DNA of 64,000 nucleotides. It comes from Deltaproteobacteria bacterium (lineage in GTDB: Bacteria; UBA10199; JACPAL01; JACOUP01). Below are positions 1 to 8,767 of this stretch, piece by piece. A program made the position numbers and the translations under genes. The DNA lies in the NCBI GenBank assembly GCA_016177765.1, contig JACOUP010000003.1, positions 95,384 to 159,383 on the forward strand, read 5' to 3'. The notes beneath the pieces were generated by a model, which was not told where the DNA came from, ran no database searches, and was given only the letters and a program-made list of their open reading frames with translations. The stretch's first letter is position 1, and the number at the start of each line of letters is the position of its first letter.

Positions 1-1
1 T

Positions 2-124
2 GAGCAGAATACCGCCGGTTTCATGAAGGTGACGAAGATCGAGATCCGGCCGATGTATTCCAATCGTTCCCTGATGGATGTTTCCTGTGAAATTGCGAAC
101 TTTACACTGAAGAAGGGGACTTAA
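2..124 (+). CDS. 3' end of a gene that starts upstream of the window (partial); possibly a GspM/PilO-like T2SS component
   Basis: Open frame from the window edge to TAA at 122-124 (...KVTKIEIRPMYSNRSLMDVSCEIANFTLKKGT*), ending 4 nt before the gspN-like start. The function is guessed from position only. Confidence 0.3.
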   Translation, partial: EQNTAGFMKVTKIEIRPMYSNRSLMDVSCEIANFTLKKGT

Positions 125-128
125 AGAC

Positions 129-1049
129 ATGAAACTCTTTTTGAGACTGGCCCTTTACGGCGTCACCTTTTTCTTTTTCTTCCTCCTTTTTTTGCTGACG
201 CTCTTTCCCTATGACAGCATCAAGGGAAGAATCACCAGGGAACTGGAAAACGGTTTGGGGGGCGCCTACCAGGTGACGATCAACAAAATCAGGCCATTCC
301 CCCTCCTGGGGGTTGTCCTGAAAAATGTCCAGATCAAGGAGGCCCGGAGCCAGAACGATTTCATCAAGCTTGACAAGGCGAGTCTTTCCCTCAGGCTCCT
401 TCCCCTTTTGTGGGGCTCGGTGCAGACCCGGTTTGATGCCAAAATTGGGAAAGGGGAGTTGGAGGGTTCGTTCGCCTCCGGCCGCAACAGATACCATGTT
501 TCTCTCTCATTGGATGGGATTAATCTGGGTGAACTGAAATCCCTGGCGACCCGCTATGGATTGAATCTGTCGAGCCAGATTAGTGGCCAAGTGGATCTGG
601 AGCTGTTTCCGGCGGAACCGATACGGAATCAGGGCTCTGTGCATCTTGTTTTGAAGGAGCTCAGACTGCTGGAATCCGAGCTCAAGGTGGGGGAAGGGGA
701 GATGGCGATGAGTTTTAATCTTCCACCCCTTCAGATGGCGGTAAATACCGTCCCTTCCGTGATCGATATGAGGATGGATAAGGGGAATATGGAGGTCAAA
801 TCCTTCGAGTTCAAGGGGGGAGATCTTGAGTTGAATCTTTCTGGGAAGCTTTACATAGCCCAGAGTTTGAGTAATAGCCGTTTGAATCTGAAAGGGAGTT
901 TTGGCGTCAATCCTGCCGCCTCGAGTCGTCTGCCGTTTCTTGTCCTGATTGAAAAAGAAAAGGGGTCGGACGGGCAGTTCCCCCTGACGGTGACCGGCCG
1001 TGTGGAAAAACCGAGCATTCAGATTGGTAGCCTCAGAGTGCCTTTGTAG
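129..1049 (+). CDS. Type II secretion system protein GspN-like (membrane-anchored)
   Basis: 306-aa ORF with an N-terminal TM helix (LALYGVTFFFFFLLFLLTLF). Size and architecture resemble the Leptospira/delta-type GspN family. Assigned from memory, not from a search. Confidence 0.45.
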   Translation: MKLFLRLALYGVTFFFFFLLFLLTLFPYDSIKGRITRELENGLGGAYQVTINKIRPFPLLGVVLKNVQIKEARSQNDFIKLDKASLSLRLLPLLWGSVQTRFDAKIGKGELEGSFASGRNRYHVSLSLDGINLGELKSLATRYGLNLSSQISGQVDLELFPAEPIRNQGSVHLVLKELRLLESELKVGEGEMAMSFNLPPLQMAVNTVPSVIDMRMDKGNMEVKSFEFKGGDLELNLSGKLYIAQSLSNSRLNLKGSFGVNPAASSRLPFLVLIEKEKGSDGQFPLTVTGRVEKPSIQIGSLRVPL

Positions 1050-1058
1050 GGGCCAGTT

Positions 1059-1340
1059 TCAAGGCTCAGTAATGAAAACAAGTTCATTGGGCCGGACGAG
1101 ACCCAGCTCCTCACGAACCACTCTTTCCAGTTGTAACGGGTCTTTGAGCCGCTTGATTTCGAAGGCCAGCCGCTGGTTCTCTCTCCTGTTTTCCATGATG
1201 GAAGACTCCAATTGTTTTTCCAGGCGGGACAATCGGTAGAGTTTTAGCAACCCCTGGTTTCCATAGATGGCGGCGAGTAACATGATAGCGATGAGAACTG
1301 TCGTGATCTTGCGGAATGGGGGAGGGTTGTTAAGCCTCAT
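1059..1340 (-). CDS. ftsB: Septum formation initiator FtsB/DivIC family
   Basis: 93 aa with an N-terminal TM helix, a coiled coil ([28 protein letters not shown]) and the conserved tail [15 protein letters not shown]. Overlaps the ruvB stop by 11 nt. Confidence 0.7.
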   Translation of the reverse strand: MRLNNPPPFRKITTVLIAIMLLAAIYGNQGLLKLYRLSRLEKQLESSIMENRRENQRLAFEIKRLKDPLQLERVVREELGLVRPNELVFITEP

Positions 1341-2376
1341 TGAAGAGGGCTCCCTGATTTAAGCCTTTGATCGGTCGTCCTAAATGCTCGTAGGCAAGTC
1401 GTGTGGCGACCCGCCCGCGTGACGTGCGATTGAGATAACCGGACTGGATCAGGTAAGGTTCGTAGACATCCTCGATTGTTTCTCTTTCTTCGCTGATGGC
1501 GGAGGAGAGGGTTTCCACCCCGACCGGCCCCCCCTCAAATTTGTCGATAATCGTCAGAAGAATCTTTCGGTCCATCGCATCAAACCCTTTGTTATCCACC
1601 TCCAGCAAGGTGAGCGCCTTTTTGGCCCTGTCCAGATCAATCAGACCGGTTCCATGGACCTGGGCAAAATCCCGAACGCGACGGAGGAGCCGGTTGGTGA
1701 TCCTGGGGGTGCCGCGGGATCGCCCGGCAATCTCCAGGGCGGCCTCCGGATCCACCTGAACGCCGAGGATCTTGGCAGACCTGAGGACAATCTTGGTCAA
1801 CTCCTCAGGGGAGTAGAAATCAAGCCGCGCGGTAATCCCAAAACGGTCCCGGAAAGGGGAGGTCAAAAGCCCGGCCCGGGTTGTTGCGCCGATCAAGGTA
1901 AAACGGGGGAGGTCGAGCTTGACCGTCTTGGCGGAAGGGCCCTGGCCAATGACAATATCCAGCTTGTAATCCTCCATCGCCGGATAAAGGATCTCTTCAA
2001 TTATCTTTGATAACCTATGGATTTCATCTATAAAAAGTACATCCCCTTGTTCCAGATTGGTGAGGATGGCGGCCAAGTCTCCGGGGCGTTCGATGGCGGG
2101 GCCGGAGGTTGACTTGATCTGGACCCCCCGTTCGTGGGCGATGATATGGGCGAGTGAGGTTTTGCCCAAACCGGGCGGACCGCAGAAGAGGGCATGGTCC
2201 AGTGGTTCGTTACGCCTTCTGGCCGCTTCAATAAAGACGATCAGATTCTTTTTGACCGATTCCTGACCGATGAACTCGCCAAAGCTTTTTGGGCGGAGAG
2301 AGTTCTCGATCTCTAAATCGTCAGGGATCGGGATCGGGTCAAGGTCGGAACGGCGTGCAGGGTCTTTTAGGGTCAT
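1330..2376 (-). CDS. ruvB: Holliday junction branch migration DNA helicase RuvB
   Basis: 348 aa with Walker [12 protein letters not shown], Walker [10 protein letters not shown] and the RuvB C-terminal domain ([17 protein letters not shown]). Confidence 0.97.
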   Translation of the reverse strand: MTLKDPARRSDLDPIPIPDDLEIENSLRPKSFGEFIGQESVKKNLIVFIEAARRRNEPLDHALFCGPPGLGKTSLAHIIAHERGVQIKSTSGPAIERPGDLAAILTNLEQGDVLFIDEIHRLSKIIEEILYPAMEDYKLDIVIGQGPSAKTVKLDLPRFTLIGATTRAGLLTSPFRDRFGITARLDFYSPEELTKIVLRSAKILGVQVDPEAALEIAGRSRGTPRITNRLLRRVRDFAQVHGTGLIDLDRAKKALTLLEVDNKGFDAMDRKILLTIIDKFEGGPVGVETLSSAISEERETIEDVYEPYLIQSGYLNRTSRGRVATRLAYEHLGRPIKGLNQGALFNEA

Positions 2377-2405
2377 TGGGCCCTCAATTTAGACTACTTT
2401 GCCTG

Positions 2406-2421
2406 TTCGTGCAAGCACGAA
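2406..2421. promoter_or_regulatory. Perfect 16-bp palindrome TTCGTGCAAGCACGAA in the ruvB / ORFan divergent intergenic region (candidate operator)
   Basis: Read directly from the sequence. Lies 30 nt upstream of the ruvB ATG and 43 nt upstream of the ORFan ATG. Confidence 0.4.
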
Positions 2422-2463
2422 AAGACGCAACTTTCCTGCCCGGTGCCGATAAGGAAGGCCGCT

Positions 2464-4119
2464 ATGGCGCCACCCAGTCTTTCCCATCCTGAGATTAAGA
2501 GAGTCCAATTCGGTCGGGAAGTTTTTTATATAGACCCCAATATTGGCGCCCACCATGATTTTATCGAGGACTACGGTCAGTACAACCAAGGGCCTTATGC
2601 CGACCGTCGCAAGGACCTCCTGTGGGATCTTGAGATCATTGCTGGCCTTCTGGAGGGGAAGGATCCCCAGCAAGTCCCTCCCGCCAAGCTCGCTGAAGTA
2701 CGCAGAAAAATTATGGAGGCCTATACCGGTGTTTTTAAAAGACGTCGTCTCGAAGTAGGCGGTCATTATTCGCAAGACAGTTCCTTGGAAGCGATGGATC
2801 GGCGATGGCAAGCGAATTCTGTCAATCCCCCTGAAGTGGCTGGTTCCACTCTCTGGGTGGAGAGGATGGGATTGAGAAATCTGCTGGCCGGTCATGGGGA
2901 AGAAAAGAGTACCCCCGCGATGTTGGCTCGTTACAAAGCGGCCTTTTTTGACGATCAGAGGACGCCGGATAGCGGGTGGCGGGTCCTAGGTTATCGTTAT
3001 TTTGGGGTGACCGAGAGACGATCAAATTATCTGGACGAGAATGAAACCTTCTTCCTGAGGCATATTGAATACGTTTCCTCGCCGGGTGGTAAGCCGTCAC
3101 GGAAAGAGTATGTTTTTGCAAGACCCGGTTATCGGCGTTTTGCCTCGGAAACTGTTTTGAGGGAAATTTTGGACAGACCCGAATATCGTAATCTTGTCAG
3201 AGATATCTCGGCCGTTTTGGCAGAGGCCCATTCGCACAACGCCCCTCGCAACTTGATCGAAATGGCCTTCCTGGCGCTTCTTTTCGATGAATGGCAGGGG
3301 TTTGGGGATGAGGACCCCAAGCAGGATTGTCTCGCCGCCAAGGTTTCGGAGGCTCCGAATCGGCCAGAGATAGAGGCCAATTTCTGTAGTTTGATTTCCG
3401 GAAAAGCGGAAGAGTGGCTAAAGCGGGGAGTGAGTGCCTTTCCAACCGTTATTCCTGGTAAGAGTCTCAACTGGGAGGTTCAGGGGATCGGTCCCTATCA
3501 GGTCATTGTGGGACTTGCCATGGCGGCGGCGGGGAATGATCAGGTCTGGAGTCGCTGGAAAAAGCGTTTTCCAGAACTCAATCGAGAGCAATTTTCCACC
3601 AAGGAAAAGACAATGACGGCCCTTCTGGATTCCAGGACGGCGTTGATTATCAAAGGGATGACCTGGGATCTGGAGATGACCTTTCTGGATCATAGCTGGT
3701 TTACACCCAACAACGGTCTTCATGCCTCTATCGGTTGGCGGGGTGGGTGGGCTGATCCGACGCTTTCTCGGGGGATATTTTACCTGGGGGCGACACGATT
3801 TCTCGTCCAGTTTCCGGATCGTGCCGAAGAGGCAAAGAAGGTCTTGTTGTCATCCGATCCTCTATATCACTCCCTCATGGACGATGAGTTCAACGACTGG
3901 CTCGCGGTGGGGACGAGGATGGGTGTCGATTTAAAACTTCCCGGTTTTGACGTCAAAACCTGGGATGTTCCAGAATTGGGAAGAAAACAGGGGGATCTTC
4001 AGTGCTCCCTGTACGGCGGTCTTTATGCTTTTGATTACGTGTTGGAAGGTCCTGATAGGCTTCCCCAACAGTCGGTTCAGACATTTTGTTTTATCCCCAC
4101 CATCGATCATTTGGAATAG
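2464..4119 (+). CDS. Hypothetical protein (ORFan, 551 aa, no signal peptide) inserted between ruvB and ruvA
   Basis: Uninterrupted 1.66-kb ORF. ATG at 2464 is preceded by AAGGAAGG (2451-2458); the track start at 2443 is a GTG. No motif recognised. Confidence 0.7.
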   Translation: MAPPSLSHPEIKRVQFGREVFYIDPNIGAHHDFIEDYGQYNQGPYADRRKDLLWDLEIIAGLLEGKDPQQVPPAKLAEVRRKIMEAYTGVFKRRRLEVGGHYSQDSSLEAMDRRWQANSVNPPEVAGSTLWVERMGLRNLLAGHGEEKSTPAMLARYKAAFFDDQRTPDSGWRVLGYRYFGVTERRSNYLDENETFFLRHIEYVSSPGGKPSRKEYVFARPGYRRFASETVLREILDRPEYRNLVRDISAVLAEAHSHNAPRNLIEMAFLALLFDEWQGFGDEDPKQDCLAAKVSEAPNRPEIEANFCSLISGKAEEWLKRGVSAFPTVIPGKSLNWEVQGIGPYQVIVGLAMAAAGNDQVWSRWKKRFPELNREQFSTKEKTMTALLDSRTALIIKGMTWDLEMTFLDHSWFTPNNGLHASIGWRGGWADPTLSRGIFYLGATRFLVQFPDRAEEAKKVLLSSDPLYHSLMDDEFNDWLAVGTRMGVDLKLPGFDVKTWDVPELGRKQGDLQCSLYGGLYAFDYVLEGPDRLPQQSVQTFCFIPTIDHLE

Positions 4120-4156
4120 GTACCGGGTACCTTTTGGCCAAAAGGTACCCGGTACC
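4119..4156. repeat. Perfect 38-nt palindrome GGTACCGGGTACCTTTTGGCCAAAAGGTACCCGGTACC (copy 1); possible bidirectional hairpin between convergent genes
   Basis: Self-complementary over all 38 nt. An identical copy lies at 25571-25608. Overlaps the TAG of the ORFan (4117-4119). Followed by three tandem AAATG(G/C)CC-like units and a degenerate half-site GTGCCGGGTAC (4179-4189). Confidence 0.9.
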
Positions 4157-4196
4157 GAAATGCCGAAATGGCCAAATGGTGCCGGGTACCTACGAT

Positions 4197-4790
4197 CTAG
4201 GCGAGCAGTTTTAGGGCCTCTTTGAGGGCCGCTTCGATAGCGGTCCCTTCCTTCAAGTGAAGTTGAGACAGGGTCTTCTCCGCCATCGGGCGGCTGTAAC
4301 CCAGGTTGGTGAGGGCGGAAAAGAGGTCGTCGTAGATTTTGCGCTTGCCATCCGGTTCCATTTTCGAGGGGCGATGGGTCGCCATAAAACCGACCAGCTT
4401 GTCTTTCAAATCCACGATCATCCTCTCCGCTGTCTTGCGGCCGATGCCGGAGATCGCGGTCAGGCGAATGAGGTCTTCTTTGTAAAGGGAGGCGGCCAGT
4501 TCGTCGGGGGCGATTCCCGAAAGGATCGTTAAGGCGAGCTTTGGGCCGATGCCGGAGACGGTGATCAGTTTTTCAAACAGTTCCTTCTCGGAGGATTCCA
4601 AAAAGCCATAAAGTGAAATCTCCCCCTCCCGGACATGCGTGTGAATCAAAAGCAGAACGGTCTGGCCGAGGGGTGGAAGATGTTCATGGCAGGAGAGAGA
4701 GAGGAAGGTCTTATAGCCAACCCCTCCCACGTCAAGGATGACATGGTCTTTATCTTTGGCGACGAGGATTCCTTTAAGACGCGCGATCAT
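4197..4790 (-). CDS. ruvA: Holliday junction DNA helicase subunit RuvA
   Basis: 197 aa with N-terminus MIARLKGIL and HhH motifs (VSGIGPKLAL, ISGIGRKTAERM). Confidence 0.95.
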   Translation of the reverse strand: MIARLKGILVAKDKDHVILDVGGVGYKTFLSLSCHEHLPPLGQTVLLLIHTHVREGEISLYGFLESSEKELFEKLITVSGIGPKLALTILSGIAPDELAASLYKEDLIRLTAISGIGRKTAERMIVDLKDKLVGFMATHRPSKMEPDGKRKIYDDLFSALTNLGYSRPMAEKTLSQLHLKEGTAIEAALKEALKLLA

Positions 4791-5265
4791 AACGCCTCAT
4801 ATTTCTGGACTGCATATGACACAACGCGATCGCCAAGGCATCGGAGGCATCGATGGCGGCCGGTTCCGGTAATTTTAAAAGCCGCTGGACCATTTTTTGA
4901 ACCTGCTGTTTGTCTGCCTGACCATAACCGGTGATCGCCTGTTTCACCTCGCGGGCGGAGTACTCCGAAAGCGGAACTCCTTCGCCTTCTACCGCCAGGA
5001 GGGCCACGCCGCGTGCCTCTCCCAGTTTGAGGGCTGACCGCACGTTTTGTGCGAAAAAAACCTCTTCGATGGCAATCTCGTCCGGCGAGAACTCCCGAAT
5101 GACCTTGATCAATGTCGTGTAAATCTCAAGAAGACGGCTCGGAAAATCTTTTTTGGGGGAAGGGGCGATTACACCGCTGTCAATGTGAACAATGCCAGTT
5201 CCATTTTTGCCAATGATCCCATAACCGGTAACGAGTGAACCAGGGTCTATTCCAAGGACCTTCAT
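4774..5265 (-). CDS. ruvC: Crossover junction endodeoxyribonuclease RuvC
   Basis: Canonical N-terminus MKVLGIDPGS at the internal ATG 5265; the track start at 5331 would overlap yebC. Overlaps the ruvA start by 17 nt. Confidence 0.92.
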   Translation of the reverse strand: MKVLGIDPGSLVTGYGIIGKNGTGIVHIDSGVIAPSPKKDFPSRLLEIYTTLIKVIREFSPDEIAIEEVFFAQNVRSALKLGEARGVALLAVEGEGVPLSEYSAREVKQAITGYGQADKQQVQKMVQRLLKLPEPAAIDASDALAIALCHMQSRNMRRYDRAS

Positions 5266-5281
5266 TGATGGCGGAACGCCG

Positions 5282-6031
5282 TTAGACAGCGATCTTCTCC
5301 ATTTCTTCCTTGGGGATGTCAAAATTGGCATAAACGTTCTGAACGTCGTCGTGATCCTCCAGCGCCTCCATTAATTTGATCATCTGCTCCGCCTGCGGGC
5401 CGTGGAGCTGGACGGTATTTTGAGGGACCATCGTGACCTCGGATTCGAGGGGGGACAGCCCCTTGCCGGCCAGCCCTTTTTTGACCGATTCAAAATGGGC
5501 GGGATCGGTCAGGACATCAAAGGTGTCTCCTTCATCGTTGATATCCTGGGCGCCAGCTTCAAGGGCAACATCCATGAGCTGTTCCTCGCTGACCTTGTTC
5601 TTATCGAAACGTAGGATCCCTTTTTTGGCGAAAACCCAGGAGACACAACCGGCCTCCCCAAGATTCCCCCCATTTTTGCTCAAGAGATGGCGGAGTTCAG
5701 AGATAGTCCTGTTCTTGTTGTCGGTCATCACATCGAACATAATCGCGACACCGCCGGGACCGTACCCCTCATAGGTGGACTCCTCGTAATTGACCCCTTC
5801 CAGTTCGCCGGTTCCTTTCTTGATCGCGCGGGTGATGTTATCCTGGGGCATGTTAGCGGCCTTCGCCTTTTCAAGGACTGTTCGGAGACGAGGATTGCTG
5901 TTGGGATCGCCGCCGCCTGATTTGGCCGCAACGGTTAATTCGCGGATGACTTTGGTGAAAATCTTCCCCCGCTTGGCATCTTCCGCCCCTTTTTTACGCT
6001 TGATGGTCGCCCATTTGGAATGTCCGGACAT
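5282..6031 (-). CDS. yebC: YebC/PmpR family DNA-binding transcriptional regulator
   Basis: [27 protein letters not shown] is the hallmark N-terminus; 249 aa. Confidence 0.95.
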   Translation of the reverse strand: MSGHSKWATIKRKKGAEDAKRGKIFTKVIRELTVAAKSGGGDPNSNPRLRTVLEKAKAANMPQDNITRAIKKGTGELEGVNYEESTYEGYGPGGVAIMFDVMTDNKNRTISELRHLLSKNGGNLGEAGCVSWVFAKKGILRFDKNKVSEEQLMDVALEAGAQDINDEGDTFDVLTDPAHFESVKKGLAGKGLSPLESEVTMVPQNTVQLHGPQAEQMIKLMEALEDHDDVQNVYANFDIPKEEMEKIAV

Positions 6032-6065
6032 AACGGGGTAGCGCTAACACACGAATAAACCTATT

Positions 6066-7232
6066 TCAAGGGTTAAGGAAGGGGATCTTGGGTAACTTGT
6101 GCAGGACCCTTTGAGGTAATTTTCGGAGTCGATTCAACACCGGGGCTTGTTCTTTTATATAAGGGGCCAGTTTCCCGGTATAAGGGGTCAGTTTGGAGGG
6201 GTCCAGCGGTTGCCCCAAGAGATTAATCTGGTACCCTTTTTCAACAAAATTTCGGGGGTTATTCCAGCCGACAAATCCAACCCCGCTGACAATTACCAGC
6301 ACCATCAGAAAGACAAGGGGGTAATACCAGCGGTAAGGGGTTTTGATGACCACCGTTGCCGCTGCGACATCCCCCGGTCGTTGTCGTCTCTTGGAGAGGA
6401 GGGTGCAAAGGTAGGAGACCGGGTTGATGTCAAACGGGATGAAGAAAGATCGGGTCATGGTCCCCGCAAAACCGATACGTCGTCCCGATTCTTGGGAAAC
6501 CTTGATTCCCAGGAGGAGCTTGCCGGGACTCCCTTCAAAAAGGAGGTTCATCAGAATAATATAAATCAGTCCGAACAGCGGAATCAGGTTCAGAAAAAGG
6601 AGTGTGAGTCCGTTTTGTTCCGCGGGAATCAACAGGAGGATACCACCCATCAGACCACAGAAAAGAACCAGATCAAAGAGGAGGGAAAAGAAGCGCCGGA
6701 GTGTTGAGGCATAAACTCGCGTCTCATCGATCCTCTCATCCATCCTCCGCCGGACAACGGTGGTTCGGGCCAGGAAGTCGCCGAATCGTTGGCGACCCTC
6801 AGTCCCCTCCATGAAGGCGATCAGGAGGATCGGAAAAACAAGGAGATCCAGAAAGCGGATCAGGTTTCTGGCGATGATGGACCAGAGCGAAGGGGGGGTT
6901 CCCCGGATCCCCATCACCCGGATCCCGACAAGGAGTTTCCCCAGGCTTGCGGAAAAGATCCCTTCACCGATCAGGTAGTAGAGAAAGACAAAGGCAAAGC
7001 TCGTGGAAAAAAAGAGCATCGCCTGAAACCCTTGAAAATGGGGGAAGAGGGAAAGCTCCTTCTTGAAGAAAAGGGAGAGGGCCCCGGACCAGGCCCAGAT
7101 GAGGTAGCCCAGGATGAGACCGTCGGTGACAAAGGCGGCAAAACGGTCGTTCAGAGTGGCCAGCTTATAGGCAAAGCTCTGCTCTTCTGTCTTGTCGTCG
7201 TGGAGCGGGGCGGCCGCCTGTTCGTCATCCAT
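6066..7232 (-). CDS. RDD-family integral membrane protein (two RDD-like modules)
   Basis: 388 aa, multi-pass membrane protein. Two modules start RFAAFVTDGLILG... and RRFFSLLFDLVLF..., each ending with R..GD (RQRFGDFLART, RQRPGDVAAAT). Confidence 0.55.
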   Translation of the reverse strand: MDDEQAAAPLHDDKTEEQSFAYKLATLNDRFAAFVTDGLILGYLIWAWSGALSLFFKKELSLFPHFQGFQAMLFFSTSFAFVFLYYLIGEGIFSASLGKLLVGIRVMGIRGTPPSLWSIIARNLIRFLDLLVFPILLIAFMEGTEGRQRFGDFLARTTVVRRRMDERIDETRVYASTLRRFFSLLFDLVLFCGLMGGILLLIPAEQNGLTLLFLNLIPLFGLIYIILMNLLFEGSPGKLLLGIKVSQESGRRIGFAGTMTRSFFIPFDINPVSYLCTLLSKRRQRPGDVAAATVVIKTPYRWYYPLVFLMVLVIVSGVGFVGWNNPRNFVEKGYQINLLGQPLDPSKLTPYTGKLAPYIKEQAPVLNRLRKLPQRVLHKLPKIPFLNP

Positions 7233-7936
7233 TATTTCACGATCCTCCGAGCCAGTTCCAGGTGGTCCGTAATAATACCGGTAACCCCCAGGGAAGTTAG
7301 TCTTTGTATATCATTTTCTTCATTGACGGTCCAAACAAAAATTTCAAACCCTTCACGCCGGTACTGTTGGATCTTTTCATCGGTGGCCAGTTTGATCGAG
7401 GGGTGCAGGGAATAAGGTTTCAACCATCTTCTAGCCCAGGGTTGGCGGGAGAAGAAAATTGTTTGTTCGGCAAAGAGCATCCCGATTCTAAAGCGAGGGA
7501 GTTTCTTTTTAAGATAGTAGAGAGAAACCGGATTGAAGGAAGAGAAGAGGAAGCGGTTTGGGTTCCGATTGCCAACGAGGGAGGTCACCGCATCAGCCAT
7601 TCTCCGTGATTCCTGCAGTGAGGAAGCCTTCAGCTCAATGTTCAGGAGAAGCTCCTCTCCGGCGATTTCACAGAGATTGTCCAACGTCGGGATCTGGAGG
7701 TTTCCCTGGAGCCGGACTTCGCGGAGTTCACGCCAAGTCAGTTTTTCTACCTTTTCAGGACGGCCTGCCAGACGTTCCAGGGTCTTGTCATGAAACAGGA
7801 ACGGAATCCCATCGGCGGAAAGACGGAGATCGGTTTCAATCCCATCGGCCCCTTTTCGCACAGCCGCTGAGATCGCCTCCAAGGTGTTTTCCGTCGCCTG
7901 TTTTGTGTCGCCGCGATGGGCGATGACAAGGGTCAT
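7232..7936 (-). CDS. Glycerophosphodiester phosphodiesterase (GDPD family)
   Basis: VIAHRGDTKQATENTLEAI...GADGIETDLRLSADGIPFLFHD matches the GDPD catalytic signature (HRG...ENT...E.D). Confidence 0.85.
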   Translation of the reverse strand: MTLVIAHRGDTKQATENTLEAISAAVRKGADGIETDLRLSADGIPFLFHDKTLERLAGRPEKVEKLTWRELREVRLQGNLQIPTLDNLCEIAGEELLLNIELKASSLQESRRMADAVTSLVGNRNPNRFLFSSFNPVSLYYLKKKLPRFRIGMLFAEQTIFFSRQPWARRWLKPYSLHPSIKLATDEKIQQYRREGFEIFVWTVNEENDIQRLTSLGVTGIITDHLELARRIVK

Positions 7937-7948
7937 ATGATTGAAATG

Positions 7949-8701
7949 TTATAATGTCCCCATTTCGTACTGGAGGACGGATAAAAAGGTAATCGCCGCC
8001 GTTTCCGCCCGGAGGATCCGCCGGCCCAGACTGACCGGGATGAAGCCGGCTTCTTCCGCAAGGTCCATCTCTTCGTCCGAAAAACCTCCTTCGGGACCGA
8101 TCAGACCGACAATTTTTTCGATTCGGAAGGGGATAATGTTTCGGAGAGAAGTCCCTGCCGCCGATTCCCTCAATATTTCTTTTAAGTGGCGTTTTGTCCT
8201 CCTCTCGGAGAGGAGGAGCCGGACGGTGGTTTTGTCAAACTGGGTTAGGAGTTCTGGCATCGGGCAGGGGCTCATGATTTCCGGAAGGGTCGCCCGTCCG
8301 GATTGTTTGGCGGCGGCCAGGATTATTTTTTGCCACCGCTCCAGTTTGGCGCCCGGGTCTTTGGGAACGGTACGGGAAGAAAAGAAGGGCAGGATTTTGC
8401 TGACCCCCAACTCGGTCGCCTTCTGAAAGATCAGTTCCATCTTGTCGCTTTTGAGGCAGGCCTGCGCGAGGGTGATTTCAAATCTTTCAGGAGGGATTGT
8501 TTCTTTTTCCAATAGCTGGATGGTGACTACCGAACCGGCACTCATGATTTCCCCCTTGTACTGATGCCCCCGCCCGTCAAAGAGGACGATGCTCTCCCCG
8601 GGACCAAGCCGGAAGACATTCCTGACGTGTCTCGCCTCGGCCCCTTTCAGGACTGCTCTGTTTTCTGTGAAATCTTTTGGGTCAACGTAGAAGGAGGGCA
8701 T
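7949..8701 (-). CDS. rsmE: 16S rRNA (uracil1498-N3)-methyltransferase RsmE
   Basis: MPSFYVDP...LKGAEARHVRNVFRLGPGESIVLFDG N-terminal PUA-like domain and C-terminal GPEGGFSDEE SPOUT motif. The internal ATG at 8701 was chosen. Confidence 0.85.
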   Translation of the reverse strand: MPSFYVDPKDFTENRAVLKGAEARHVRNVFRLGPGESIVLFDGRGHQYKGEIMSAGSVVTIQLLEKETIPPERFEITLAQACLKSDKMELIFQKATELGVSKILPFFSSRTVPKDPGAKLERWQKIILAAAKQSGRATLPEIMSPCPMPELLTQFDKTTVRLLLSERRTKRHLKEILRESAAGTSLRNIIPFRIEKIVGLIGPEGGFSDEEMDLAEEAGFIPVSLGRRILRAETAAITFLSVLQYEMGTL

Positions 8702-8767
8702 CGGCCTGTCATAGGTGAAGGATCGCCTCTTGTAAAGAGGGACAATTTCGTTTATACCGCTCTGAAG

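Noticed and set aside
2386-2414. Minus-strand TTGCAC-N17-TAAATT as a ruvB sigma-70 promoter overlapping the 16-bp palindrome.
   Set aside because: The implied TSS would fall only ~3 nt from the ruvB ATG and downstream of its SD (GAGGG), so the geometry is not credible. Only the palindrome is reported.
4119-4156. Interpreting the 38-nt palindromes as integron attC sites, with the ORFans as integron cassettes.
   Set aside because: There is no RYYYAAC/GTTRRRY core. The palindrome is perfect rather than bulged. There is no intI gene or attI in the window. It is kept only as a loose analogy.
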